From Chloroflexota bacterium (GTDB lineage Bacteria > Chloroflexota > Limnocylindria > Limnocylindrales > CSP1-4): a stretch of DNA of 44,429 nt. Under the pieces are notes generated by a model that saw only the letters and a list, made by a program, of their open reading frames with translations, ran no database searches and was not told the DNA's origin. The first letter of the stretch is position 1, and every line of letters begins with the position of its first letter. The stretch is from positions 1 to 44,429 of the forward strand of contig JACQEH010000058.1 of NCBI GenBank assembly GCA_016200675.1, read 5' to 3'. Of this stretch, positions 1 through 9,678 are shown piece after piece. Made by a program: the position numbers and the translations under genes.

Positions 1-176
1 CCGATCGGGAAGGCGAGGGCGGCGGGCATGTGGACGAAGACATCGAAGCGCCAGTCGCGGCGCCCCGCCTCGAGGACCAGGACGTTCGTCCCGGGATCCT
101 CGGACAGGCGGTTGGCGAGGACGCAGCCGGCGGACCCGCCGCCGACGATGACGTAGTCGTACCGCTTGCTCTTCAC
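1..176 (-). CDS. betA: Choline dehydrogenase / GMC oxidoreductase, N-terminal part (runs off window)
   Basis: Not in the ORF track. Manual translation from GTG at 176 gives [58 protein letters not shown], with the FAD-binding GxGxxG motif and the BetA-like HMPAAL motif. TAGCAT -10 box lies 6 nt upstream. Confidence 0.8.
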   Translation of the reverse strand, partial: MKSKRYDYVIVGGGSAGCVLANRLSEDPGTNVLVLEAGRRDWRFDVFVHMPAALAFPI

Positions 177-551
177 CCGCGGATGCTAGCGCCTGCGCAC
201 CGGCGCGCGAGGTCGCGTCAGGCAGGCGTGATCCCGGTCGGCATGACCAAGGCCCCCCAGGCCCGCGCCGATGGAGCCGACCGTCATGATGATCCCGGTC
301 CCCGCCCGAGGACCGAGTCGCGGACGACGCGCCGGCGGATCCTGGCCAAGAACACGTCGAGGACGAGGTGGCTCGCCGAGTCGACGGCGATCGCGATGAC
401 GACCACGGTGAAGTTCGGGAAGACCCCGAGGGCGGCAACGCCCTTCGAGAGGGCGAGGCCACCAACGACGATGGGCAGCCTGGGCGACTCGTCGGGCGTC
501 GCGCCTTGTAGGAGCGCTCGCACCAGCCCGGCACCGGGCGTCGTGGAACGG

Positions 552-1250
552 TCAGCCAGCTCCGGCGAGCTCAGCGACGGCGAACTGGACGGCGAATTGC
601 TTGCACCAGACCACGACGCTGGCGCCGACGGAGGCGTCGGATCCTGCCGGCAAGTCCATGCTGAACGTGCCATCCGTGGCTCGAAGCTTGCCAAGCTCGA
701 TTGCGCCTGCCGAATAGCCCGCCGCGTTGGGCGAGAGGTAGACGTAGAGATCAGGACCGTTCCTCACCGAGAAGGCATCGAACCGAACGGTCCACGCTCC
801 GGGCGCCGTTTCGATGAGCGTCGCGGTCCCGCGGCCAAAATGGAACTCGTCGGCTCCCTTGAAGGTGCCTGCCCTCGGTGGCTCGAGGACCGGGCTTTGG
901 GACGGTGGGTGAGATTCCTCCGGGCCTGACGGCGCCGGTCCCGCCGACGCCGGATCAGGAGTAGCCCGTGATGCTGGCGATGCCACCGCGATCAGGGCCG
1001 GCTCGTCGAGGGATGTCCGGATGAAGAGCGGCGAACCGAGGTACCACGCGCCGGGCAGGCATATGGCGAGCGTTACTGCGATCGCTGCCGCGGAGCGACC
1101 CGGGTGTCGGCGGGCGGCGGCGAACCATCCTCTCCGCCGACCCGCGACTCCCACGATCAGGGCAAGAATGAGGAGCCCAATGGAGATGGCGATTCGGTTC
1201 GGATAGAGCGTCGTCGCGAAGGCGCGCTCGAGGTCGCCAAGAAGGTTCAT
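552..1250 (-). CDS. Membrane-anchored DM13-domain protein
   Basis: Two N-terminal TM segments, a Pro-rich linker, then DM13 motifs H-x-GRG, NGPDLYVYLS and SVVVWC-x-QFAVQF. Confidence 0.85.
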   Translation of the reverse strand: MNLLGDLERAFATTLYPNRIAISIGLLILALIVGVAGRRRGWFAAARRHPGRSAAAIAVTLAICLPGAWYLGSPLFIRTSLDEPALIAVASPASRATPDPASAGPAPSGPEESHPPSQSPVLEPPRAGTFKGADEFHFGRGTATLIETAPGAWTVRFDAFSVRNGPDLYVYLSPNAAGYSAGAIELGKLRATDGTFSMDLPAGSDASVGASVVVWCKQFAVQFAVAELAGAG

Positions 1251-1294
1251 GCCGCCCAGCCTGAGCCGTCGCGATGACGGCCCGATGACGCCCC

Positions 1295-2359
1295 TCAGCC
1301 GGCCGACGGCAGCCGGAACCAGAAGGTCGTCCAGGCCGCGTCCGAGGCGGCGCCCACGCGGCCTCCAGCATCCTCGACGAGCCGCTTCACGATGGCCAGG
1401 CCGATGCCCGCCCCGCCGCGCGCGGGGTCCCTTGACTTCTCGACGCGGTAGAAGCGCTCCCAGACCCGGGGCAGGTCATCGGGCGGGATCGGCGAGCCGG
1501 TGTTCTTGATCCAGACGAGGGCGCCCTCGGGCGTCCGCGCCGCCGCCAGCCGGACGATCCCGCCGGACGGCGTGTAGCGGATGGCGTTCTGGAAGAGGTT
1601 CGCCATGACCTGGGCCAGCTCGTCCGGACGGGCCCGGACGAAGAGGCCGTCCTCGGCCGCCACGTTGAGGCGCACCGAGCGTCGGGCCAGGGCCGGCGCG
1701 GCCAGGTCGGCGGCGCCCCGGACCAGGGCGCCGAGGTCCACGTCCATCGGCTGCGGGCGCTCGCCCTCGGCCCCGGCGAGGACGTCGAGCGAGGCGGCCA
1801 GGCGGCCCAGCCGGTCCACCTCCTCGCGGAGCGAATCGAAGGTCGCCGGATCGGGCGGCAGCACCCCGTCGCGGAGGGCCTCGAGGTAGCCCTGCAGGTT
1901 GGTCAGCGGGGTCCGCAGCTCGTGGGAGGCGTTGACCACGAACTCGCGGCGCATCATCTCCTGCTCCTCGAGCCGGTCGGCCATGGTGTTGTAGGCTGCG
2001 GCCAGCGAACGGACCTCGACCGGACCCTCCTCGGGAACGCGAGCCGTGAGGTCGCCCGCCGCGATCCGCTCGGCCGCATCGGCGACATGCTGGATCGGGC
2101 GGGCGAGCATCCGGCCGAAGGCGGCGGCCAGGACGAGGGCGACGATCGCGGCGACCACGAGGGCCAGGCCGAAGATCACGGTCACGCTGGCGTCGAACAT
2201 CTGGTGCGCGTGATCCGCGGACTCGCCGGCCGCGACCATCAGGGCGGCGAACGACTCGCCGCCGATGCGGATGACGCCGACGGCGATGATCGCGACGGCC
2301 AGCCCCGCGACGGCCAGCGCGGCGATCGCGATGCGGGCGGCGATCCCCCGTGCCCTCAC
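1295..2359 (-). CDS. Sensor histidine kinase (HAMP-HisKA-HATPase, BaeS-like)
   Basis: H-box SHELRTPL, N-box NLFQNAIRY, ERFYRVEKSR, G-box GAGIGLAIV; two TM helices and a HAMP domain. Confidence 0.93.
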   Translation of the reverse strand: MRARGIAARIAIAALAVAGLAVAIIAVGVIRIGGESFAALMVAAGESADHAHQMFDASVTVIFGLALVVAAIVALVLAAAFGRMLARPIQHVADAAERIAAGDLTARVPEEGPVEVRSLAAAYNTMADRLEEQEMMRREFVVNASHELRTPLTNLQGYLEALRDGVLPPDPATFDSLREEVDRLGRLAASLDVLAGAEGERPQPMDVDLGALVRGAADLAAPALARRSVRLNVAAEDGLFVRARPDELAQVMANLFQNAIRYTPSGGIVRLAAARTPEGALVWIKNTGSPIPPDDLPRVWERFYRVEKSRDPARGGAGIGLAIVKRLVEDAGGRVGAASDAAWTTFWFRLPSAG

Positions 2360-2366
2360 GAGGGCC

Positions 2367-3107
2367 TCACGTCGCGGTCGGGCGAGTCAGGCGCTCGACG
2401 GGCCCGGCAGCCCGGTATCCAGCGCCGCGAACGGTGGCGATGTAGCGGGGCTCCGCGGCGTCGTCGCCGAGCTTCTCGCGGAGGCGCTTGACGTAGACGT
2501 CGATGGCCCGGTCGGTGACGTCGGCCTCGGCGGCGCCGTGGATCGCGTCGAGGAGCTGGTCGCGGGTGAGGATGCGGCCTTCGGCGCCGAGAAGGGCGGC
2601 CAGGAGTCGCATCTCCAGGATGCTGAGGACGACCGTCCGACCGCCGGCGCGAACGGCGTGGCGCGCAACGTCGACCTCGAGGTCGGCCAGTCGGAAGCGG
2701 AGGTTCGCTGACAGGGGCTCGGGGCCGTCGCGCTCGGTCCGGCGAAGGATGGTCCGGACGCGGGCCACGAGCTCCGCCGGCGAGAAGGGCTTCGGCAGGT
2801 AGTCGTCGGCACCCTCCGAGAGGCCCTGGATCCGGTCGCCGGTGGAGCCCCGCGCCGAGAGGACGAGGATCGGGATGTCGCCCATCGCCCGGGTCCGCCG
2901 GATCACCGCCAGGCCGTCGACCTCGGGCAGCATCAGGTCCAGGACCACCAGCCGCGGCCGGTGGTCCTCGATGGCCCGCAGCGCCGCCCGGCCGTCGCCG
3001 GCGCTGATCACCCGGAACCGCTCGCGCTCGAGGTAGGCGCGGACGAGGGCCACGATCTTCGGATCGTCGTCCACGACGAGGATGGGCGCGGGCTCGGATC
3101 GGGGCAT
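2367..3107 (-). CDS. OmpR/PhoB-family response regulator
   Basis: ILVVDDD, LDLMLP, GADDYLPKPF and winged-helix end ATVRGAGY. Start trimmed to the ATG at 3107 from the longer track ORF. Confidence 0.93.
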   Translation of the reverse strand: MPRSEPAPILVVDDDPKIVALVRAYLERERFRVISAGDGRAALRAIEDHRPRLVVLDLMLPEVDGLAVIRRTRAMGDIPILVLSARGSTGDRIQGLSEGADDYLPKPFSPAELVARVRTILRRTERDGPEPLSANLRFRLADLEVDVARHAVRAGGRTVVLSILEMRLLAALLGAEGRILTRDQLLDAIHGAAEADVTDRAIDVYVKRLREKLGDDAAEPRYIATVRGAGYRAAGPVERLTRPTAT

Positions 3108-3188
3108 GGACGGGATCATCGCCGCCCGAAGGCTGGCGGACAACCGTGACGCGTCGATGACCCGCGTCGCCGCGCCTAGACTCGTGGT

Positions 3189-3482
3189 GTGGCCACGCCG
3201 ACCGCCGACCATGCCCGCGTCCGCGACCTGCCGTGGCGCATCGACCACCGCGGGCCTCGGGCTGGGCATGCGTTCCAGCCGACCCCGGTCCGCAGCGCGG
3301 CCGTGGCCCGGTCCTGGATGGACGACCTCCGGGCGAGCCTCATCCGGATCTGGCTGGCGAACCTCGGGGCCTGGGAGGCCATCGTCGGTGTGCGCCCCGG
3401 CTGCACCGTGGCCTGCGAGGATGAGGGCGTCGACCGCCACCTTGCGGCCTGGTCGGAACTCGTCGAGACGCTGGTCGCCTGA
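3189..3482 (+). CDS. Hypothetical protein
   Basis: 97-aa ORF with TAGACT -10 box 6 nt before GTG; stops 3 nt before the next gene. Confidence 0.5.
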   Translation: MATPTADHARVRDLPWRIDHRGPRAGHAFQPTPVRSAAVARSWMDDLRASLIRIWLANLGAWEAIVGVRPGCTVACEDEGVDRHLAAWSELVETLVA

Positions 3483-3485
3483 GGC

Positions 3486-3707
3486 ATGGACGCCCTCACG
3501 ATCTTCGGGGCCGTCGCCGTCTCGGCGATGCTCGTCACCTACGCGCTCGAGGACCGATCGCCGAGGTACGTGCTGGCATTCGCCGTGGCGTCTCTCGCCT
3601 CGTCGGGCTACGGCTTCCTGCAGGGCGCCTGGCCATTCGGCGTCGTGGAGCTGGTGTGGTCGGCGGTCGCGCTCGTGCGCTGGCGGCGGCGCGCCTTCAA
3701 GGCATGA
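3486..3707 (+). CDS. Small 3-TM membrane protein
   Basis: Three hydrophobic helices, YGFLQGAWPFGVVE motif, GAGG before ATG, strong GC3 bias. Confidence 0.75.
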   Translation: MDALTIFGAVAVSAMLVTYALEDRSPRYVLAFAVASLASSGYGFLQGAWPFGVVELVWSAVALVRWRRRAFKA

Positions 3708-3779
3708 AGTCGGCCAAGCTCTCATCCAGCCCTCACGAAGCCGCGGCAAGGTGCAGCCAACGCCACCGAAGGAGCTGAT

Positions 3780-4709
3780 GTGTCCCAGGCCGTGCCGTCG
3801 TCGACAACGATCGACGTCCCCTCGATCGCCGCCGCGCCCATCCCGACCTTCGAAGGTCGGCCCCTGCCCGATCCCACCGAACCGGCATGGGACCAGGGCC
3901 TGGCCTTCGACATCCAGACCCTGATCGACCGCCGTCAGGCCCTCAAGCTCCTCGGCCGGGTGGGCCTCGGAGCGGGCATGGTCACCCTGGCGGCGTGCGC
4001 TCCCGCCGCCTCGGCGCTCATGAGCGCGTCGCCGTCGGCGGGCTCATCCGTGGCCGCGGGGTCATCCGCCGCCTGCGCGCTGATTCCCGAGGAGACGGCC
4101 GGTCCCTTTCCCGGCGACGGCTCCAACGGGCCCGACATCCTCGCCCAGAGCGGCGTCGTGAGGCCGGACATCCGGGCCAGCTTCGGCGCTTCGACCACGG
4201 TCGCTCCCGGCGTCCCGCTGACGATCAAGCTCACGATCCTCGACCTCGCCCAGGGATGTGCGCCGCTTGCCGGGGCAGCCGTCTATGCATGGCACTGCGA
4301 CCAGGCCGGCAACTACTCGATGTACTCGGCGGCAGCCCGGACGGAGAACTACCTGCGTGGGGTCCAGGCCGCCGGCACCGACGGGATCGTGACCTTCCAG
4401 AGCATCTTCCCGGCCTGCTATGCGGGTCGCTGGCCGCACATCCACTTCGAGGTCTATCCCAGCCTCGCCAAGGCGACGTCACAGGCCAACAAGATCGCGA
4501 CCTCCCAGATCGCCCTGCCGAAGGCCAGTTGCGACGCCGTCTATGCGACCGCCGGCTACGGCCAGAGCATCACCAACCTCTCGCAGGTGAGCCTCGCTAC
4601 GGACAACGTCTTCGGCGACGACGGCGGCGTCCACGAGCTGGGAACCGTCACGGGCTCGGTCGCGGATGGCTTCACGGTTGCCCTGCTCGTCCCCGTTCGC
4701 GCCAGCTGA
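3780..4709 (+). CDS. Intradiol ring-cleavage dioxygenase-family protein, probable Tat-exported lipoprotein
   Basis: PEETAGPFP, WHCDQAGNYS, LRGVQ and PACYAGRWPHIHF motifs; N-terminal RRQALK with lipobox LAAC. Confidence 0.85.
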   Translation: MSQAVPSSTTIDVPSIAAAPIPTFEGRPLPDPTEPAWDQGLAFDIQTLIDRRQALKLLGRVGLGAGMVTLAACAPAASALMSASPSAGSSVAAGSSAACALIPEETAGPFPGDGSNGPDILAQSGVVRPDIRASFGASTTVAPGVPLTIKLTILDLAQGCAPLAGAAVYAWHCDQAGNYSMYSAAARTENYLRGVQAAGTDGIVTFQSIFPACYAGRWPHIHFEVYPSLAKATSQANKIATSQIALPKASCDAVYATAGYGQSITNLSQVSLATDNVFGDDGGVHELGTVTGSVADGFTVALLVPVRAS

Positions 4710-4753
4710 TACGTGCCCGGCAGCCGATGGCGGCGCTGGGCAGGCCGATCTCG

Positions 4754-5255
4754 ATGCCCGGCAATGACTACCAATGCATAACGATCCGGCACCTCCCGGC
4801 CACCCGGCGCCACCCGGCGCCACCCGGCCACCCGGCCACCCGGCCACCCGGCCACCCGGCCACCCGGCCACCCGGCCACCCGGGAGGAGATCACCGAGGT
4901 CCTCTCGACGCGGCGGGCCTCGCCCGCTGGTGGCCCTCGGATGACCTGGAAGGCACCGTCGCCAACCGGGCGACGCCCGAGGCGTTGGCCGGGTGGTCGG
5001 CCTCTCCACAAAGGGCTCGCCCTCGTACGCGCTCCGCTGGCGGTTCACGGTGACGGACTCCGACGCGCCGATCGGCGTTCGCATCGAGGCCCAGGTCGAC
5101 TTCGTCGGCCGCGGCATCTGGAGGCTCATGGTCGAGCGGGCGCCGACGACCCGGCCGGGCCCAGGACCCGCGCCGTCTACGACCGGAAGATCGTGGCCGC
5201 GAAGGGCCTCCTCAAGACCTCCCCGGTCATCAAGCCGATCTTCGCGGCAGACCCC
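4754..5255 (+). pseudogene. Frameshifted SRPBCC/polyketide-cyclase-like gene
   Basis: Pieces in different frames join into one protein: MPGNDYQ..., DAAGLARWWPS, VVGLSTKG..YALRWRFTVTDS...DFVGRGIW, YDRKIVAAKGLLK..PVIKPIFAA. Confidence 0.65.
4795..4884 (+). repeat. Tandem repeat: 2 x CACCCGGCGC, 7 x CACCCGGC and one variant
   Basis: Read directly from the sequence; no spacers between units. Confidence 0.95.
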
Positions 5256-5303
5256 TGCCGTTCGGCCCTTGATTCCCTGAATCGGGCGGCTACCATGCAT
5301 GGC

Positions 5304-5660
5304 ATGGTACTTGGCGAGACGAAGAGCAGCCTCACGGAGCTTCGACGCGGGGTCGTCGAGCACTGCGTGCTCGCGCTGTTAGCTCGCCGCGAGGGCTACG
5401 CGTTCGATCTCGTTCGAGTCCTGTCGGAGCGTGCCCTCGTCACCAGTGAGGGGACGATCTACCCACTCCTCGCGCGCCTCCGTCGGGAAGGGCTGGCGAC
5501 CACGACCTGGCAGGAATCCGAGGCGGGGCCGCCGCGTCGTTACTACCGAATCACCGGGGACGGCCGGCGCGCGCTCGACTCGTTCGTGGGCGAGTGGGCG
5601 ACCTTCCGAGACGCGGTCGATGCGCTGCTCGAAGATGATCAGGATGGGGTGATGCGATGA
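5304..5660 (+). CDS. PadR-family transcriptional regulator
   Basis: ELRRGVVEHCVL, EGTIYPLLARL, GPPRRYYRIT; TACCAT -10 box 7 nt upstream of ATG 5304. Confidence 0.92.
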   Translation: MVLGETKSSLTELRRGVVEHCVLALLARREGYAFDLVRVLSERALVTSEGTIYPLLARLRREGLATTTWQESEAGPPRRYYRITGDGRRALDSFVGEWATFRDAVDALLEDDQDGVMR

Positions 5661-6142
5661 ACGGTGAGCGACTCGTCGCGGGCTATCTCGATCAGCTCAA
5701 CGAGGCGGCTCAGCCCCTCTCGCGGACGCGCAGGTGCGAACTCGTCGCGGAGGTCCGCGAGCACATCGCCGAGGACCTTGCGCGCGGCGATCGGCGTGAC
5801 GAGATCGCGGTTCGAAACGTCCTCGAGCGCCTCGGCCCTCCCGACGCGATCGTCGCCGCCGAGCTTGCTGGAAGCGCGACGAGTGGACCCGCGGGCGTCC
5901 TGACACTCGGGGCGCTTGGACGGAGTCTCGGCGTTGGCGAGGTTCTCGCCGTTCTCCTACTGACGGTCGGGGCTGTGGCCGCACCGGTGATCGGGCCTGC
6001 CATTGGCCTCGTGCTCATGTGGGCGTCGTCTCGATGGTCGACCCCGACGAAGGTCTCGATCACCCTGGTCGCGGTCCTCCTCCTCCTCGTTCCGGTCGTG
6101 CTGCTGATGGCGGCCACTCCGGCCACCGCCCCAACGCCCTAG
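5657..6142 (+). CDS. HAAS/DUF1700-type membrane protein (PadR partner)
   Basis: YLxxL...RRxELVAEVREHI...LERLGPPDAI followed by TM helices; ATGA overlap with padR. Confidence 0.8.
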   Translation: MNGERLVAGYLDQLNEAAQPLSRTRRCELVAEVREHIAEDLARGDRRDEIAVRNVLERLGPPDAIVAAELAGSATSGPAGVLTLGALGRSLGVGEVLAVLLLTVGAVAAPVIGPAIGLVLMWASSRWSTPTKVSITLVAVLLLLVPVVLLMAATPATAPTP

Positions 6143-6486
6143 TGGGTTGCAGCCCGGGCGTTCAGGCCGGCCCGACGCGGAGGCGTGCGAGCAGGCCGGC
6201 GATGCGGGCAACGTCGAGGCAGGCGCGCGCGCTCGCCTCCGTCCGTTCGTAGCAGCGTGACGGGCTACAGCGGCCGAGCTGATCGTCCTGGCTGACCAAT
6301 CCGAGCCCCTCCGCGCTCGGCCCGGCCCCGAAAGGGACGGGGAGTGCGCCTCGCTCCGTTCGTCGGACTCGATCCTGATCAAGCAGCCCGATCATGACGC
6401 TCGAATCCCCGCCCGGCCACCTTGGCGAGCCGCCGTCGCCGGGCAGGCAGCCCCGCCCAGTCACGGACATTGACCCCCGGCAGCGC

Positions 6487-7146
6487 CTACTCGAGTCGCG
6501 AGCTCATCCGCAGGTAGGCGAGGACGGCGAGCACGCGCCGGTTGTCGTCGGCGGCCGGCTCCAGGCCGAGCTTGGAGAAGATCGTGTTGACGTGCGCCTC
6601 GACCGTCTTGAGGCCGATCGCCAGGCGCTCGCAGATCGCGGCGTTGGTCCGGCCCTCGGCCATGAGCATCAGGACGTCCCGTTCACGGCCCGTGAGGGTG
6701 CCGATGATGTCTCGCTCGCGGATCGCCAGCAACTCCCGGACGATGTCTGGGTCGACGATCGAGCCGCCCCGCGCCACCCGGCGGAGGGCGTCGACGAAGT
6801 CGTCGACGTCGGCGATTCGCTCCTTCATCAGGTAGCCGAGGCCACCCGCGGCGTTGGCGACGAGGGTCAGCGCGAATCGGGCGTCGAGGTGCTGCGACAG
6901 GACGAGGACGCCGATCGACTTGCCGCGGCTGGCACGGATCGCCTCGACGGCCCGCAGGCCTTCGTCCGTGAAGGTCGGCGGCATCCGGATGTCGACGACG
7001 ACCGCGTCCGGGTGCGCTTCGGCCACGGTCGCCAGCAGACTCACGAGGTCGCCGGCCTGGCCCACGACCTCGATCTGACGCTCGCCGAGGAGTCGGGCGA
7101 TCCCTTCGCGGAGGAGGACCGAGTCCTCGCCGATCACGACCCGCAC
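6487..7146 (-). CDS. NarL/LuxR-family response regulator
   Basis: MRVVIGEDSVLLREG, DIRMPP, LTGRERDVLMLMAEGRTN, KTVEAHV, NRRVLAVL. Confidence 0.93.
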   Translation of the reverse strand: MRVVIGEDSVLLREGIARLLGERQIEVVGQAGDLVSLLATVAEAHPDAVVVDIRMPPTFTDEGLRAVEAIRASRGKSIGVLVLSQHLDARFALTLVANAAGGLGYLMKERIADVDDFVDALRRVARGGSIVDPDIVRELLAIRERDIIGTLTGRERDVLMLMAEGRTNAAICERLAIGLKTVEAHVNTIFSKLGLEPAADDNRRVLAVLAYLRMSSRLE

Positions 7147-8644
7147 GGGATCCTCGCGCTCAGTCGTGTCCCCGATCCCCGCGGCGATTCCAGGGACAAC
7201 GTTCCCCCGACCGCAGCGACGCGGTCGGCCAGGCCGCGGAGTCCACTGCCCTCGATATCCGCGCCGCCGATCCCGTCGTCGACCACCTCGAGTGTCAGGA
7301 TCCCATCGTGGCGGCCGGCCGTCACGGTCACGGTCGATGCATCGGCGTGCTTCGCGACATTGGCCAGGGCCTCCGCCGCCACGAAGTACGCGGCCGTCTC
7401 AGCTGTCGCCGGCAGCCGGCGATCGAGGTCGACGTTGACGCGGACGGGGATGGAGGAGTGATCGGCGAGGGACTGGATCGCGGCTCCGAGGCCGGCCTCG
7501 CGAAGGATCGACGGATCGAGGCCGCGGGCCAGCTCGCGAACCTCGGCGATCGCGGCCGCGACGAGATCTCCCGCCGCGTCCAGCTCCGCGAGCGCCGGCG
7601 CCGGCACGTCCGGGCCCAGCCGCGAGCGGATGGTCCGGAGCGACACCGCAAGGGCTACGAGCCGCTGCTGGGCACCATCGTGAAGGTCGCGCTCGACGCG
7701 CCGGCGCTCGAGGTCGCCTGCCTCCACGATCCGCGCCCGCGAGGCGCGGACCTCCTGAAGCTGGGCCTGCAGGTCTTCCTGGAGGCGCTCGTTGTCCATG
7801 GCCAGGGCGACCGCAGCGGCAACCGTCCGCACGAGGGCGGGATCGTCGAGCAGGGTGACGTCGTGGACGATCGCCCCAATCGTCGTCCCGTCGCGTTCGA
7901 GCAGGGTCGTTGCCCGCTCGTCGTCGGGCACCGGGAGCGCGGCCGGCGCGCCGGAAGCGTCGAGCCAGCCCGCTGCTGGATCGCGGCTCCACCCATCAGG
8001 ACTGGGTCCGTGACGCGGCGAGCCCCCGGCCGGACCCGCCAGCGGCGCCGGAGAATCGCGGCCGCGACCGCGAGCAGCGCCAGACCCACTCCGGCCGTCA
8101 AGATCAGGTCCCACGTCACGAACGTCCCGGCGTCCTTGACGACCTGGAACGGATTGACCGGGGCGTCCGGTCCGTTTCCGGGGCCGATGCCCGGTCCCGC
8201 TGCGACCAGGCGCCAGGAGCTCCGGAGGACCATCAGTCCGAGAACCGTCCCGAGGGCAAGCCGGTCGCGCCGCGTCTCGAGTCGGTGCCCGGGGAAGGTC
8301 AGGACCACGTACGCCAGCAGTGGGTCGTAGTAGCCGCGCAGGACGAAGCCGAGGAACGGGATCCGGGCGACCAGCGGGCCTGAGGCGTGGTCGGGCACGA
8401 TCACGTACAGGCTGCCGACATACCAGATTTAGCCGGCGATGACCATCAGCGGGCCGGTCAGGGCGCCCGGACGGCGGGCCCAGGTCAGGAGCCCGGCGAC
8501 GACGAGGAGGACGCCGGTCGACGCGTCGAAGAGGTAGTCGAGCGGTGCCTGGTCGAACGGTGGGTGTTTGCCGAGGGTAACCAGGCCGATCGCCACGAGG
8601 ACGACCGGAATGAGCAGGAGCGGCCGGAGACGAGCTCCCCGCAC
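7134..8644 (-). pseudogene. NarX-type (HisKA_3) sensor kinase, disrupted
   Basis: Intact C-terminus (ERRRVERDLHDGAQQRL, EALANVAKHA, DDGIGGA, GSGLRGL). The N-terminal TM part has an in-frame TAA at 8429-8431 (IAG*IWYVG) and a frame change near 7985. Confidence 0.8.
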
Positions 8645-8652
8645 CCGGCGGC

Positions 8653-9006
8653 CTACTCGAGCGCGGCGATGAGGCGCTCGCCGGACAGATCGAACTTGGC
8701 GATGAACCCGTCCGCGGCGGAGGTTTCCACGCGGCCACCATAGTCCTCGCGATCCCGCCCCGAGATGAGGACGATCCGCCTGGCCGAGCCGGCCTCGCGC
8801 AACCGTGCGGCGACGATGAACCCGTCGATGTCCGGCAGCTGAATATCCACGAGGGCGAGGTCGGGCTGCAGGCGCGCGGCCTCGGCGACTGCCGCCTGCC
8901 CGTCCGCGACCTCGCCCACGACGTCGAAGCCGTGCGCCTCGAGCATCGCCCGGACCCGGGCCCGGAAGCCAGCGTGATCGTCGACGACCAGGACAGTGGT
9001 GCACAT
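8653..9006 (-). CDS. Single-domain receiver (REC-only response regulator)
   Basis: VLVVDDH, DIQLPDIDG, GFIAK; no output domain. Confidence 0.9.
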   Translation of the reverse strand: MCTTVLVVDDHAGFRARVRAMLEAHGFDVVGEVADGQAAVAEAARLQPDLALVDIQLPDIDGFIVAARLREAGSARRIVLISGRDREDYGGRVETSAADGFIAKFDLSGERLIAALE

Positions 9007-9041
9007 GCCGGCATCGTGACAGTCCGCCACCCGCCGCGGAA

Positions 9042-9120
9042 CAGGGTTCTCCCTGAGGCGCCGCGGCGACGGTCTCGATGTGGTTCGGGTTTACCCCATG
9101 GTGTTCGGGGGGTCAGCCCC
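9042..9120. promoter_or_regulatory. Three GGG-N4-CCC palindromes, candidate NarL-type binding sites
   Basis: CAGGGTTCTCCCTG (9042-9055), GGGTTTACCC (9087-9096) and GGGGTCAGCCCC (9109-9120), between the two-component genes and divergent exported-protein genes. Confidence 0.4.
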
Positions 9121-9201
9121 GTTCCGATCGGTAGCCCGAAGGACGAGCCTCTTGGTGGCACCGAGGCCCAGATGCGGCCTGGTAGCCAGGGAGGTCTCGA
9201 C

Positions 9202-9669
9202 ATGCGCTTTCGACACATCGGCTCCGGTCTCGCCGCCATCACCCTTGCGCTCGGCGTCTCGGGTACAGCGCTCGCCGGCCAGCCCCAGGTCTACACGTGG
9301 TCGAACTCGGTCGATACGGAGTACTTCGACTGCGGCTCGTTCGTCGCGCACGGCGTCTGGAACGTGAGCCACCGCCTGACATTCTTCCTGGATGCCGGCG
9401 GCACAGCGGTCCGGGACATCGAGGTCATCGAATTCGCCGGCGCCTTCGTCAATCCCGATACGGGCGCATCGATCCCCGACTCCGGCCGGATCACGTTCTT
9501 CGACACGCTCGACGCGAAGGGCGATTATCTGACCACGATGTCGAATGTCGTCCGCCACAACGCCTATCTCCACTCCGCGGGCCGGACCGACTTCCAGACC
9601 GGCGCCTATCACGGCATGGATGCCTTCGACGCGGGCGTCGCCGCTGCCTGCGCCGCCCTTGGCGCCTGA
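9202..9669 (+). CDS. Secreted hypothetical protein
   Basis: GGAGG RBS, signal peptide ending ALA-G, two Cys residues. Confidence 0.8.
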   Translation: MRFRHIGSGLAAITLALGVSGTALAGQPQVYTWSNSVDTEYFDCGSFVAHGVWNVSHRLTFFLDAGGTAVRDIEVIEFAGAFVNPDTGASIPDSGRITFFDTLDAKGDYLTTMSNVVRHNAYLHSAGRTDFQTGAYHGMDAFDAGVAAACAALGA

Positions 9670-9678
9670 ACGTTGACC

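Noticed and set aside
284..550. Short hydrophobic minus-strand ORF below the DM13 gene
   Set aside because: No clear start or family motif; may be a remnant but cannot be supported.
4795..4884. Possible CRISPR array or iterons
   Set aside because: 8-10-bp head-to-tail units with no spacers, no cas or rep genes nearby, and derivable from the host gene's own sequence.
6143..6486. Small ORFs or ncRNA between the HAAS and NarL genes
   Set aside because: No codon bias, motif or recognisable RNA structure.
8429..8431. Stop-codon recoding in the kinase
   Set aside because: The stop is TAA, and a second lesion exists in the same gene; simple nonsense mutation is more likely.
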